DNA of 63,983 bases, filler included, from Basidiobolus ranarum (Eukaryota): NCBI GenBank assembly GCA_040143965.1. It is 4 parts of 4 records of this genome, joined end to end, with 100 filler letters (N's around TTAATTAATTAA, not from the genome) between each part and the next. Parts side by side here need not be neighbours in the genome. Positions count along the whole stretch, not along the records: positions 49,212 to 63,983 come from JASJQH010000411.1; 3 more parts are not named here. The stretch is one strand, 5' to 3'. Below the pieces are notes generated by a model. The model worked only from the letters and a program-made list of their open reading frames with translations, did not search any database and was not told where the DNA came from. Numbering within the stretch: the first letter of the stretch is position 1; every line of letters begins with the position of its first letter. Below are positions 63,574 through 63,983 of this stretch, piece by piece. Both the position numbers and the translations under genes were made by a program.

Positions 63574-63983
63574 AAAGCAGTATTAATTCATGCATTAGTC
63601 ATTTATTAGTGGTTGACCTTAGTTTATATATTTAACATGTCTTATTTATCTAATTTACTTATATTAAACATACCTACTTATAAACCAGGTGTATGCAGCG
63701 CATAAGCTCCATATTACACTTGGTACTTCTCCCTTAGTCTTACTACTTGAGTATTGCTCACTTTCACTCTTAGAGTAGTAAAAATGCCTTATTATTAATA
63801 TTATTCGCATCGTTCCGATTACTTTTGTCATCAAGAATGCGGATTCGACTTGTAAGGGCTTGAATAACATCGCTGAAATGGAAACCTGTACCAACATGCA
63901 ATACTGGGACTTAGCTGTGTGTGTAAGTACTGCTTATCTAAACACTTTCCTTTCATTTTGCTGAGTGAATTTCCGTATAGGCT

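Overview
AT-rich, intron-containing fungal genomic DNA. The Zn2Cys6 factor, short GT-AG introns, compact U1, JMJD6 and 7TM receptor type suggest an early-diverging, probably Zoopagomycota/Basidiobolus-like lineage (inference). The window is four separate contigs joined by artificial 100-nt spacers (N44-TTAATTAATTAA-N44 at 16327, 32723 and 49112), so linkage across spacers is not real. Segment 1: 3' end of RPL19, TFIIE-beta, COPI beta' (SEC27) and a Zn2Cys6 transcription factor. Segment 2: U1 snRNA, a long modular metallothionein, two His-rich hydrophilin-like genes with CRE-like promoter sites, two TG..CA repeat elements and a truncated ORF. Segment 3: a GSKIP-like gene, a convergent pair of small paralogues sharing an F(E/D)DIL-NGFL..T..F(T/S)LTP motif, JMJD6, an 8-exon receptor (signal peptide, plant-type LRRs, TM, SH3) and a 7TM receptor. 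Segment 4: a TauD dioxygenase, a RAD51 pseudogene with an element inserted just upstream, and a mosaic tandem array of an unrecognised 4-exon membrane-protein family in varying states of decay. The best candidates for new biology are the LRR-TM-SH3 receptor, the tandem membrane-protein family, the small-paralogue pair and the long metallothionein.
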